This document shows, in pieces, positions 18,021-27,212 of a stretch of DNA of 55,055 bases. The first letter of the stretch is position 1. Every line of letters starts with the position of its first letter. The notes under the pieces were generated by a model. That model was not told where the DNA came from. It did not search any database and saw only the letters and a program-made list of their open reading frames with translations. The DNA is taken from the UHGV virus genome UHGV-0209657. The stretch is one strand, 5' to 3'. The DNA comes from a virus. The position numbers and the translations under genes were made by a program.

Positions 18021-21000
18021 TGCTGTCGTTGATGTTCTAAATGATCCGGTGCCTCTTGCTACTATCATTGTTGGAGAATACAACGCGGTACAATATGCGT
18101 ATCCTTCAGATGATGATGTTTGAGGACAATATATTTTCCCGATAATATCTGATGCTTTTAAACCAGAAAAAGCGCATTGCACTGTTAATGTGCATCCACC
18201 ATAAGGCACGTAATATGAAATTGTTTTGTTTTTATCTCCGCAACTAAACGTTACGTTATAAGTGGATCTATATTCACCAGACATTAATGAAATAGTCGCC
18301 ATAAGCATAACTGATTTCGTCAATGCATTATCCGTGCTGTCTTTATATGTGATGGTTGCGCTATAACTTCCGTTATGCCCAAGCACTCGATCTGGACCAA
18401 CCCCCATGTTAGCAACGTCACCGACAAATGATTTTGCCTCTACTGTACCTTTAAACTTCCCGCTTGTGGCCTGAATCTCACCAGTGAATTTACCAGATGT
18501 TGCGTACACCGTACCGCGTACAGTGACGTTGTTGAACTCCGCATTGCCGTTTTTATTTAGCATCCAGCCAGCCGAACCAGCTTTATAGTTGGTTGACTGA
18601 ATTTGCTGCGCAATCTTCGCGGTAGTGATTGATGCGTCTCTGATCCACGCATCACGGATGTAGCAAGCACCGTTAGTAACATAGAACGGGGTCTGATAGG
18701 AGCCACCTGCCGCAGTCATAAGCACGAAACGGTCAACGAGGAAAATACACTGCGATTGAACGTTAGTCCCGCTACCAGTAAGGCCGAGCGACATTCCTGT
18801 AGCGTATTTCATACCGTTTTTATCAGTGGCAATCTTAATTGAATATGACGCATCAACGTTACCTTTGAAGTCAGTCAGTGCTTTTGATGTCGTTTCTATC
18901 GCCGTTGTGTTTCCGTTAATAGTTACTTTCAACTGGTCGATTCTGGTTGACAATGCCTCGTCTGCCGTTGCCATAGCCTGTGACCATTCCGTGATGCTTG
19001 AGTTTACATCGTCGAAAGATGCCGAGATCTGGCCAAATTTTTCCGCGCTTGATGTTTCATGCGTAGAAAGTGCAGTTGACACTTCGGATACTTTCGAATT
19101 AATCGTACTGGTAAGCGATGAGTTAAGGCTGCTGATTGCGTCAGTGCGTGCATTCTTCTCATCTGCGATCGCTTTATCCATCCTGGTTACGTTGCTTGTC
19201 ACCTTGCTATCGAGCGTGGAAATTGACGCATTAACCCCGCTAATAGCTTCTGCGCGTGCGCTCGCCTCATCTGCGATTGCTTTATCAAGACGGGAAACGC
19301 TCGCGTCGGTTTTGCTTTCAAGACTACTGACGCTGGCGTTAACGTTGCTAATAGCTTCTGCGCGTGCGCTCGCCTCATCTGCGATTGCTGTGTCTACCCT
19401 TGCTATTTCCGCTTTTGTTTTTGTTTGTCCTTTCCTGTATTTCGCCTCAATAACAGTGCTCATCTTGCTTTGCGCCATTGAGTTATTAATAAGCGCCAGA
19501 GATGCGTTTTGCAGACTTGCTTTCGCCTGTTCTATCTCGTCGCTGTTTTTATCAACCTCACTTTTAACGCCGCCAAGCGTCGCGCTGATACCTGATATCG
19601 CCTGAGCACGTGCGCTTGATTCATCAGCGATAGCTTGATCAAGACGGCTAACACTGGCATTTGTGTTATTTTCAAGCGTTGTTAAATCAGCTTTAACCAC
19701 TGTTATTGCGTCGCTTCTTGCCTGCGTTTCATCTGATATTGCATTATCGAGGCGCTTAACGCTGGCGTCAGTTTTCTTGTCAAGTGTTGAGATACTTGCG
19801 TTCACGTCGCTGATAGCCTGAGTACGCGCACTTGTTTCGTCTGCAATTGCCTGATCAAGACGGTTTACGCTGGCGTCAGTTTTCTTGTCAAGATTGCTTA
19901 TTGAGGCATTTACACCGTTAATAGCTTCAGCGCGGGCGCTGGCCTCGTCAGCTACTGCGCGTTGCACATTAGAGATCTGACCTTTAAGGTTTGTGTCCAT
20001 CACATTCATTTCTGCCGTGATGGTTTCCAGTGATTCCGCTGTCGCTTTTTTCTCTTCAGCGATAACGTTGTCAATGCGGTCAATTTCCGCTTTCGTCTCT
20101 GTCCTGCCTTTCTTGTACTGAGCGGTAAGAGTTACGCGAGTGTTAGTCTGTGCAAGCGAGTTATTAATAAGAGCAAGTGAGGCGTTTTGCAGACTTGCTT
20201 TTGCTTGCGCCAGTTCGCTGCCAACTTTTTCGCTAGACACCTCCAGCGAGTCGATTCTCGACTCATGCTGTCCAATATCATCGGCGTTTTCCTTAACTTT
20301 TTTATAAAGATCTTCCGTTTCTTTTTTGAGCGTATCAGTATCAGCTTTTATTGATCCTGTTTCTATGGTTAGGTTGTCAGTTTCAGTCCTTAAATCGTCA
20401 GTTATGTTGGTCAGATTATCAGTTGCAGTTTTGAGGTTGTCAGTAGCAGTTTTAAGGTCATTCGTAGCGCTTTCGATAAGATCAGTGCGGTCGCCTAGAT
20501 CTTTAATGTCACCAACCATTTCTTTAAATTGTTTGGAATTCATTACGTCTTTGGTGACGTAATCGGTAATTTCATCAAAGTTTTCTGTTGGCTTACCTGA
20601 CGCTTCCACAAAGTCAGACACACCAAAAGCGTTACGCGCGCGCACATAAACGTAATATGTGTGACCTGTATTCATGCCGCCAAACGTCCACTGATGACCA
20701 CGCCCGGTATATTGTGCTTTAGTGGTTATTGATGCCGGATCAGTGATCTGCGTTTCACCTGAGTAATAAAACTCGTAACTGGTATCAGTGGTGAGCGTTG
20801 TTCTGCTGATCGGGTAAACTGTAGCCTGGAATACACCGGGAACCCAATTAACGCCAACTGGGGCCGCTGGTGCGCCAATAACCAGATCGACAATGCTTTC
20901 CGCACCCTTCATGCCCGTGTCATTTCTGCCACGAATGCCTAATGAGTAGTTGCCAGCATCAATGCCATAAAAATCATAACTGTAATTCGTGGTTTCGTAG

Positions 21001-22988
21001 CTTTTAACTACAGCGCCTTCGGCGTTATACACGCGAATCTCAAAGGTCAGGCGACGCGTTGTCGTCTGTGTTTCCCATGTTGCGCGACATTGAACCGTTT
21101 CAGATCCAACGTTTAACACCTTCAGATTTTCAATGTTCGGCACGCGGAAGTGATTAAGCGTGTCGTTATTGATCTCGAAGATTGCGCCATTATCGACTAC
21201 GGCCTGCTTATGTGGATCATGCTGTGCGGCCTCGATGGTGTATACGCTGTTATTTTCTGTTTCTGCTACACTGGTGATTCGACATAAAACGGGTTTTGCT
21301 GCGTTGGTTGATACAGCAAAAACAGTGCCGTTACGAATCCACGCCGGGGCGGCTGCAAGGGTGATAATGTTCCCGTTAACTCCGATGATCTGGTGTTTTT
21401 TAAATTTACCATCGCTATCAAGTAAGCTGATGGTGTCGCCAGCCGCGATATATTCAGAATCAACCTTGTCGACCGTGATCGCTCTGCCATTGTTCGCCAC
21501 GATGCGACCGCCTAAACGAGCGCCTGCGCGATTATTATCGAGGATCTCGATTATATCCCCCGGCGTAAAGTGAATGGCGTCACGGGCCATTTTAAATGTG
21601 AATTTTGACGGCTCGCGTTTCGCTGTTTCGATCAGCCATTTACCAGCGCGGTGCGCTTGCCCGCGTGAAGTGCAACCGAACGCCTCCAACGTGGTTTCGT
21701 TATAACCATCACGGGCGATTAGTTTATCATCTGCGACATATTCTTTTGATTGCTCCCAGCCGTTTTCAGGGTCAGTCCAGGATACGATCACGGCGTTGTA
21801 GCATTCTGCGCGTGCGATACTTGAACGAGTAAACGCGCCATCAACGACGTTTGCATTTGTGATGGTGGCGATTGGATCTTGTGGCGCATCAATCATCACG
21901 GTAAGACGTTGTCCGTCCCATAACGCGATACCACGGAACATACCTGCGATGTTATCCAGTAGGTCGCGGGCGCTCATTTGCTCCGTAATGTAAGCGTTAA
22001 GCGTCATGCGAGGTTCAAGGCCACCATAGCCATCATCAACCAACTGATCGCAGTATTGAGAAAGCACGTACAAAGCGCCATCATCAACATCAATGTAACC
22101 AGCATGTCGAGCAAGTCCAAAGCGCTCGTTTTTAACCAGATACCGGAAAAGCCATGCAGGGTTATTGGTATACGCCTTTTTAAATCCACCAAGCCATAAA
22201 CCTGAATATGTGCGCGTTTCAGGGTTGTAATTGTCAGGCACATCAACAATCAGGCCGCGAAGGTGATAGGTGCGGGTAGGCGTATCAGTATACTGATCAT
22301 GGTCAATTACGGCGCCAGCTACAGCGGTATGAGGATAAGACAGATTATCATCTATTATTTCGCTGTAACTACTCCACCGCGTATCATTCCGCAATAGATC
22401 GCCGTTGCTGTCTGGTGTTATGCGACGAACGCGAATATCAAACGGTTTTTCATCCGGCGCTTTAATGATGTGAGCTTCCAGGTATTCACCGCTTTGTTTA
22501 CCAGGGCCAATGTGTATGTCTTTAATCAGCGACCACGTAGAAGATGATGACGGTTTAACATCAACCATCAACATGACGGATGTATTATATTGATTGCCCT
22601 TTTCATCTGACTGAACGAGAGCATCAACACCAAGATTCAACCTGACGCGGGTAACGTTTGGATCTGAAACAGTCCTGATTATTGGTGTGTCGTGAGTTAC
22701 CTTTGCGTTGACAATAACGGTTGACTCAATGGCGTTAAAACCATTAATCGGCGATTGGTCAGCCGTGCCGTTGCGCCAGGCTATACTAATCCCCGGAATT
22801 GATGTATTCCCGTTTGCGTCAGTAACAGGAGTGTCATTAAGCATCACGTCATTCAATGGCGCTTTCTGGTTTACCGGACCGTATATCGGCCCTTCGCTGA
22901 GAATATCTAAAACACGATAAAACTGTTTGTGATACAGGTTATCGTTCAATAATGTTGGTGTTTTGGCTTTGCCGCCGCCGCTACTCAT
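18018..22988 (-). CDS. J: host specificity protein J-like tail tip protein with expanded coiled-coil repeat region
   Basis: N-terminus GGKAKTPTLLNDNL..ILSEGPIYGP matches recalled lambda J; 1656 aa; central repeats. Confidence 0.85.
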   Translation of the reverse strand: MSSGGGKAKTPTLLNDNLYHKQFYRVLDILSEGPIYGPVNQKAPLNDVMLNDTPVTDANGNTSIPGISIAWRNGTADQSPINGFNAIESTVIVNAKVTHDTPIIRTVSDPNVTRVRLNLGVDALVQSDEKGNQYNTSVMLMVDVKPSSSSTWSLIKDIHIGPGKQSGEYLEAHIIKAPDEKPFDIRVRRITPDSNGDLLRNDTRWSSYSEIIDDNLSYPHTAVAGAVIDHDQYTDTPTRTYHLRGLIVDVPDNYNPETRTYSGLWLGGFKKAYTNNPAWLFRYLVKNERFGLARHAGYIDVDDGALYVLSQYCDQLVDDGYGGLEPRMTLNAYITEQMSARDLLDNIAGMFRGIALWDGQRLTVMIDAPQDPIATITNANVVDGAFTRSSIARAECYNAVIVSWTDPENGWEQSKEYVADDKLIARDGYNETTLEAFGCTSRGQAHRAGKWLIETAKREPSKFTFKMARDAIHFTPGDIIEILDNNRAGARLGGRIVANNGRAITVDKVDSEYIAAGDTISLLDSDGKFKKHQIIGVNGNIITLAAAPAWIRNGTVFAVSTNAAKPVLCRITSVAETENNSVYTIEAAQHDPHKQAVVDNGAIFEINNDTLNHFRVPNIENLKVLNVGSETVQCRATWETQTTTRRLTFEIRVYNAEGAVVKSYETTNYSYDFYGIDAGNYSLGIRGRNDTGMKGAESIVDLVIGAPAAPVGVNWVPGVFQATVYPISRTTLTTDTSYEFYYSGETQITDPASITTKAQYTGRGHQWTFGGMNTGHTYYVYVRARNAFGVSDFVEASGKPTENFDEITDYVTKDVMNSKQFKEMVGDIKDLGDRTDLIESATNDLKTATDNLKTATDNLTNITDDLRTETDNLTIETGSIKADTDTLKKETEDLYKKVKENADDIGQHESRIDSLEVSSEKVGSELAQAKASLQNASLALINNSLAQTNTRVTLTAQYKKGRTETKAEIDRIDNVIAEEKKATAESLETITAEMNVMDTNLKGQISNVQRAVADEASARAEAINGVNASISNLDKKTDASVNRLDQAIADETSARTQAISDVNASISTLDKKTDASVKRLDNAISDETQARSDAITVVKADLTTLENNTNASVSRLDQAIADESSARAQAISGISATLGGVKSEVDKNSDEIEQAKASLQNASLALINNSMAQSKMSTVIEAKYRKGQTKTKAEIARVDTAIADEASARAEAISNVNASVSSLESKTDASVSRLDKAIADEASARAEAISGVNASISTLDSKVTSNVTRMDKAIADEKNARTDAISSLNSSLTSTINSKVSEVSTALSTHETSSAEKFGQISASFDDVNSSITEWSQAMATADEALSTRIDQLKVTINGNTTAIETTSKALTDFKGNVDASYSIKIATDKNGMKYATGMSLGLTGSGTNVQSQCIFLVDRFVLMTAAGGSYQTPFYVTNGACYIRDAWIRDASITTAKIAQQIQSTNYKAGSAGWMLNKNGNAEFNNVTVRGTVYATSGKFTGEIQATSGKFKGTVEAKSFVGDVANMGVGPDRVLGHNGSYSATITYKDSTDNALTKSVMLMATISLMSGEYRSTYNVTFSCGDKNKTISYYVPYGGCTLTVQCAFSGLKASDIIGKIYCPQTSSSEGYAYCTALYSPTMIVARGTGSFRTSTTA
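19000..20560 (-). repeat. intragenic tandem repeats within J
   Basis: Near-identical DNA blocks (19240-19295 vs 19350-19400; 19480-19530 vs 20160-20210) encoding about 33-aa repeats ASVxRLDxAIADExSAR; boundaries approximate. Confidence 0.5.
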
Positions 22989-23001
22989 GGTTTTTCTCCT
23001 G

Positions 23002-23532
23002 TTAACTTACAACGTCTAAGGCGTCTCTATTGTTGCTTGTGTCTATGCCTAACGATCCGACGTTTGAACCTATTTTCATTTCACCTAATAGTATTGGCAC
23101 TGGTCTACCCTGGCCCACCTTGTTTTCAATGCTGGTGTAGGTGTTGTTCGTTATGGTGTTATCTTGTGCGCTTTCTGCCGATGTTTTTATCTTCATGTTG
23201 CGGGACATAAAGATTGAGAACGCAACGCTAACCACCGAAACACCAATCAGGATCCAGCCTACAACACCAATCCCAGCAATACCGCCTTCAACTACTGGCG
23301 CAATAATGACGGTAGTTCCGTCAGGGTATTTACTATTAACCGCTGCCGGGGCCGTCTTTTCGTTATAATCTTTCCCGGCAATCCGTAACCGCAAAGGTGT
23401 ATTTAAAAAAGCCTTCTTGAACTCCTGATTCTGCGCGGTCAATAGGCTAAGTCCTTGTGCTGGCGTATCAACGTTTAAACACACTTTGCCGTAATATCTT
23501 CGAAGATTGCCCGTAAATCTAAATTTGAGCAT
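23002..23532 (-). CDS. I: tail assembly protein I
   Basis: LLGEMKIGS and hydrophobic central segment as in lambda I; follows K. Confidence 0.65.
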   Translation of the reverse strand: MLKFRFTGNLRRYYGKVCLNVDTPAQGLSLLTAQNQEFKKAFLNTPLRLRIAGKDYNEKTAPAAVNSKYPDGTTVIIAPVVEGGIAGIGVVGWILIGVSVVSVAFSIFMSRNMKIKTSAESAQDNTITNNTYTSIENKVGQGRPVPILLGEMKIGSNVGSLGIDTSNNRDALDVVS

Positions 23533-24206
23533 TTGTCAGATCTCCATATTGAATGCGTTTGTCGAACATACGCGGGCCGCATTTGCTCGCGGCGGCTTAG
23601 CAGTCCGGCATTGTCATGATGCAAAACAGTGTTATCGCCCAGGTAAATCATCGCGTGACATGGGTCAGCACCCTTGAACGGCTGGCGAATAATCACGTCA
23701 CCAGGCTGAATGCTTTGCGCATCAACCATGAAAAACCCGTTCAATGGCAGGTTTTTTATGTACAGGTTTTCCCCACGCAGCCACCACCCATCGTGGCGTT
23801 CAAAGTCAGGCAGATCCACGCCGCAAAGGTGATAGGCGTCACGAAAAAGCGAGTAGCAATCTGTTTTCCCGTGTTCAAATTTACGGCCTAACAGGTGCGC
23901 CACCGGGCGGAATTTCCTCACCATGCCACCGGAACATAAAAACCACGGCAGGCCGGAAATAACCTGCTGTTGTCGATCCCGTGCCGACAATACCGGAATA
24001 TCTTCAACGTGAGAGTGGAAAACGGCTGTTATAACGCCCAATTCGTCAGCTTTGATATAATCGTCAGGCGAGATTTTAAAGCTGTTGTGCGGCGTTTCAG
24101 ACACGTTAGCGCACGGGTAAAAATAATCGTTATCTATCACCAGCCCGCACACTTCCTCGCGCGGGTGGGCTGCTGCATAGCGAATCATTTTATCTTCAAG
24201 TGCCAT
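23475..24206 (-). CDS. K: tail assembly protein K (JAB/MPN plus NlpC/P60-like)
   Basis: Strong recalled similarity to lambda K (EEVCGL, FEHGxTDCYxLFRDAYHL); ATG at 24204-24206. Confidence 0.8.
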   Translation of the reverse strand: MALEDKMIRYAAAHPREEVCGLVIDNDYFYPCANVSETPHNSFKISPDDYIKADELGVITAVFHSHVEDIPVLSARDRQQQVISGLPWFLCSGGMVRKFRPVAHLLGRKFEHGKTDCYSLFRDAYHLCGVDLPDFERHDGWWLRGENLYIKNLPLNGFFMVDAQSIQPGDVIIRQPFKGADPCHAMIYLGDNTVLHHDNAGLLSRREQMRPAYVRQTHSIWRSDKCSNLDLRAIFEDITAKCV

Positions 24207-24208
24207 AA

Positions 24209-24913
24209 TCAACCCACCTTGCTCGATCCTGGGAAACATGAAATTGGTAACGGATTCGGGCGCGGGAAACGTAAACGGCAACCGCTCAGGCGGTGGCTGC
24301 ATTTATCCAGCTTTGGATCGCTGGTCGATTCGTCTTTATCAGTAGCTACAGGGCCGCCACTGTATCCGCAACCGTCGCCGCGATATTGCCATTGGCAAAC
24401 GTCAGCAAGGATTGTGCGCCCTGGGATAACCGCCTTGTCAGCATCAATTGGCGTTGACAGCTCATATTGCACCTGGTCGGCTGTTTCTTCGCTCATCGCC
24501 TCAACGACGTAAAAAGACACCGCCTCGATAGACGGATCTGCATCCGGGTTGCCGTTGGGGAAGTTGATGGCGTCCAGGTATTTTACTTCCACCTGGCGGC
24601 GTGTAACTTTCATTCCTCGCAGGTCGTTGAAATCGTTATTCATCCCGGTGATTAGGCCGCCAATGTTGGCTACAACCATTTGCGGGCGTGAATAGACACC
24701 CTCGTTTTTCATTTCGAAGCCAGTGGCCTCGATAGGGTAGCTGTTGTAAGCCACCCCCTTCCAGATAACCGGGCCGTAATAGCCATTCACGCCGGAATGG
24801 AAGCGGATAACCTCGCCACCCAGGGGCGTGAGGTCTAATTCAAACAAGTCAATTACCGCGCCGACTCCGGCATCGACGGAATCAATAATCATTTCTCTCG
24901 GAATATTGCGCAT
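24209..24913 (-). CDS. L: minor tail protein L
   Basis: Recalled similarity to lambda L (TGFE, YLDAINFPNGN, CxxxLSGC). Confidence 0.85.
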   Translation of the reverse strand: MRNIPREMIIDSVDAGVGAVIDLFELDLTPLGGEVIRFHSGVNGYYGPVIWKGVAYNSYPIEATGFEMKNEGVYSRPQMVVANIGGLITGMNNDFNDLRGMKVTRRQVEVKYLDAINFPNGNPDADPSIEAVSFYVVEAMSEETADQVQYELSTPIDADKAVIPGRTILADVCQWQYRGDGCGYSGGPVATDKDESTSDPKLDKCSHRLSGCRLRFPRPNPLPISCFPGSSKVG

Positions 24914-25042
24914 TTTCTCACCTTGTCATTCTGTGATCTGCGTCACGCTAAATCATACCAAAATGGATTGATCGCGGTTTTTACAATATGTATATTTTAC
25001 TCAAACGGAAGCATAGTTAACAAAATGGCGCGGAGGTGCGTT

Positions 25043-25231
25043 ATGACTGAAAAGCTATGGAAGTTGACGGTATTCATGACAGACGGTAGGGAAAAGGTTA
25101 TCGCCCTGTATGACGACGAGGGTGAAGCATTGGTTGACGCGCTTTTACTTGCTGAGGATGACCGCCTTTTGGGATACCAGATCGAACCTGTCAAATATGA
25201 GGCTAACAAAAATGAAAAAATACAGTCTTGA
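25043..25231 (+). CDS. hypothetical protein (62 aa), moron cassette gene 1
   Basis: GGAGG RBS; opposite strand to flanking tail genes. Confidence 0.35.
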   Translation: MTEKLWKLTVFMTDGREKVIALYDDEGEALVDALLLAEDDRLLGYQIEPVKYEANKNEKIQS

Positions 25232-25559
25232 TGTGTGGTTAAGTGGTAGCAAGGAGTGTTTCGGATTATTTGATAGCGAAGAAGTAGCCCTGGAAGAAGG
25301 CAGGATTCTTGAATGTAGTTTAGGCCATCCAGTGAAATATGCTGCTAATCCGGTACAGATAGTTGATGAGGTGGAAGATATGAACCCGAAAGATATTAAT
25401 GGTAGCTTCACTGCTTATTATGCAGATTCTATGGACCAGTCTTGCCCTGGTGAAATACACGCAAAAGGTTTCCCGGCTGACGATCCAGAAGCAAAACGCG
25501 AATACGAAAAAGCGGCGAAAGATTTCTGTATCGATAACCTTTCAGCATTCGATAAATAA
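25212..25559 (+). CDS. hypothetical protein (115 aa), moron cassette gene 2
   Basis: ATG overlapping upstream gene end. Confidence 0.35.
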   Translation: MKKYSLDVWLSGSKECFGLFDSEEVALEEGRILECSLGHPVKYAANPVQIVDEVEDMNPKDINGSFTAYYADSMDQSCPGEIHAKGFPADDPEAKREYEKAAKDFCIDNLSAFDK

Positions 25560-25568
25560 GGCGGCAAC

Positions 25569-25817
25569 ATGGGGCGGCGCAATCACGGTGATTATGTGTA
25601 CACGTTGAAACAGGCCGCCCGCCTCATCGGTTATCATGAACACGAATTTATTGATTTGCTGATTGAGCGCGGGATACTGTACCAGGTCTGTTTAACGCTG
25701 TACCCGAAAGCGAAATACCTACATGAAAAGTTATTCATCATCATGACGGATGAAAACCAGGTTAACCATTCATTCGTCACTGATAAGGGCGTTAATTATC
25801 TGCGTGATAACTTATAG
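25569..25817 (+). CDS. hypothetical protein (82 aa), possible HTH, moron cassette gene 3
   Basis: Segment YTLKQAARLIGYHEHEFIDLLIERGIL looks HTH-like. Confidence 0.35.
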   Translation: MGRRNHGDYVYTLKQAARLIGYHEHEFIDLLIERGILYQVCLTLYPKAKYLHEKLFIIMTDENQVNHSFVTDKGVNYLRDNL

Positions 25818-25940
25818 GTGACTGATTATAAAAATAGAAGTTTTGGCGCTAATAATAATGGGGTTGATAGTATTTGGCGTTCATGCTGTAGATCTGGACT
25901 GGAAAACGATAGCAGAAAATATAGCATTAATGGAAATAGA

Positions 25941-25975
25941 ATAAAAATAACCCCGCTTCGCGCGGGGTCGTGTTT
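25941..25975. terminator. hairpin terminator between moron cassette and tail gene M
   Basis: CCCCGC-ttcgc-GCGGGG preceded by A-run. Confidence 0.45.
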
Positions 25976-26171
25976 ATACGCCATCAACCAAAAATAAAAC
26001 CTCCTTCCCTTCCCGGGATCTACACCCAACGTACCCATCACCAACGTCGTGAAGATACCATATATCGCCGTTGTCAGCTTTTACAGTAAGGTCGTTGATC
26101 TCATAGTCGTCAAACAATGTAAAAGCGTAAGTTTTGTCAACTACACAAGTCCCGTACATAACAACCCCCAT
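25974..26171 (-). CDS. hypothetical protein (65 aa) downstream of M
   Basis: ATG overlaps M stop; same strand as tail genes. Confidence 0.35.
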   Translation of the reverse strand: MGVVMYGTCVVDKTYAFTLFDDYEINDLTVKADNGDIWYLHDVGDGYVGCRSREGKEVLFLVDGV

Positions 26172-26524
26172 TAGCCAACAACTTGCTCAAACGTTGCGTT
26201 TAGCGTGTACAAAGGCCCGTCTTTAGTCATGCTCCATTGCCGACAGACAAAAAGCCTTTGCACGTTATCCATTGACGGCGACCAGTAAAAAGCCTCGACC
26301 GCGCCGCGCGCCCTCAAGAATGCTTCCGCCTGGATTGCTACGTTTCCACCATCACCACATCCGGCGCTACTGCCTTTAAACACCAGGGTGTAGCTATCAA
26401 GCAATGGATTGATACCTTTTACCTGTCTTTGCTCATAACCATCGCCCAGCTTAACAACAGATACGTCTGGCTTCCTGGTCACGCTGTAGCTTCTTTGCGG
26501 CGTCCATCTGAACACTTCCGGCAT
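26171..26524 (-). CDS. M: minor tail protein M
   Basis: 117 aa, position between H and L. Confidence 0.75.
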   Translation of the reverse strand: MPEVFRWTPQRSYSVTRKPDVSVVKLGDGYEQRQVKGINPLLDSYTLVFKGSSAGCGDGGNVAIQAEAFLRARGAVEAFYWSPSMDNVQRLFVCRQWSMTKDGPLYTLNATFEQVVG

Positions 26525-26622
26525 AAAACCCCCACAAGTTACATTTTGTATATATCTTTACGCGCTTCTACGCGAAAAATAAGATCATTGTCACAATGAT
26601 TATAGCTAGTTTACAAAATGGA

Positions 26623-26651
26623 TTCACATAGCACGCAACAAGATGTATATA
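26623..26651 (+). promoter_or_regulatory. candidate sigma70 promoter for moron cassette (TTCACA - 17 nt - TATATA)
   Basis: Hexamers with 17-nt spacer about 40 nt upstream of AAGGAGG RBS. Confidence 0.3.
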
Positions 26652-26691
26652 GAAAGCAAGAAGAAAGTAGTACCAACGAAGGAGGCCCAAA

Positions 26692-26847
26692 ATGAAACGC
26701 TATGTAGTAGTAATGCTAAATAACGCATTCGAACAAGTGGAAATAGCAATCGTTAAGGGTTTCGACGACGCATTCAAATACGGTCAATTCATGATGAATG
26801 CGAAAGAAGATGAATACCGGGACTTCTTCCTGAAGGCACTTAACTAA
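26692..26847 (+). CDS. hypothetical protein (51 aa), moron
   Basis: Strong AAGGAGG RBS; opposite strand within tail operon. Confidence 0.35.
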   Translation: MKRYVVVMLNNAFEQVEIAIVKGFDDAFKYGQFMMNAKEDEYRDFFLKALN

Positions 26848-26864
26848 GGATGATGGGGTGAGTT

Positions 26865-27119
26865 ATGAAACTGGTAGCGATTGACAGAAATCTGAAAGCA
26901 CAGAAAAACGCACAGGACCGGATCATCAAGAAAGGTAAGGAATTACTTAAAGCCTTTCTGAGAAAAGAAGTTTACCCCAAAAAGTTACGCGACGGTTACG
27001 GATACAAAATGGATATCAATCTTGATTGGAGGCTGTTTAGCGAAGATTTGAAGGTTTGGTTAATTGTTGAGCACCATGCCTATAACAAGTTATGTGGCGT
27101 GAAAGGCACTCATAAGTGA
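26865..27119 (+). CDS. hypothetical basic protein (84 aa), moron
   Basis: GGGTGAG RBS; followed by terminator. Confidence 0.35.
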   Translation: MKLVAIDRNLKAQKNAQDRIIKKGKELLKAFLRKEVYPKKLRDGYGYKMDINLDWRLFSEDLKVWLIVEHHAYNKLCGVKGTHK

Positions 27120-27174
27120 GTCGAGATATTCGAAAGGGGATATATCGCGCGGAATGGTCGTTTATAAATACGAA

Positions 27175-27212
27175 AAATAACCCCGGCATTGCACCGGGGT
27201 TTAGTTTATTTG
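27175..27212. terminator. bidirectional hairpin terminator
   Basis: CCCCGG-cattgca-CCGGGG flanked by A-rich and T-rich runs. Confidence 0.55.

Noticed and set aside
19000-20560. Possible CRISPR-like array suggested by regular repeats
   Set aside because: The repeats are in-frame within J and encode coiled-coil heptads; there are no short unique spacers with constant repeats, no leader, and no cas genes.
18826-21573. Plus-strand ORFs 18826-19605, 20326-20562 and 21160-21573 inside the J gene
   Set aside because: Antisense to a well-supported 1656-aa J ORF; they have repetitive low-complexity translations (Ala/Ser/Leu-rich) created by the coiled-coil repeat DNA and no RBS context.
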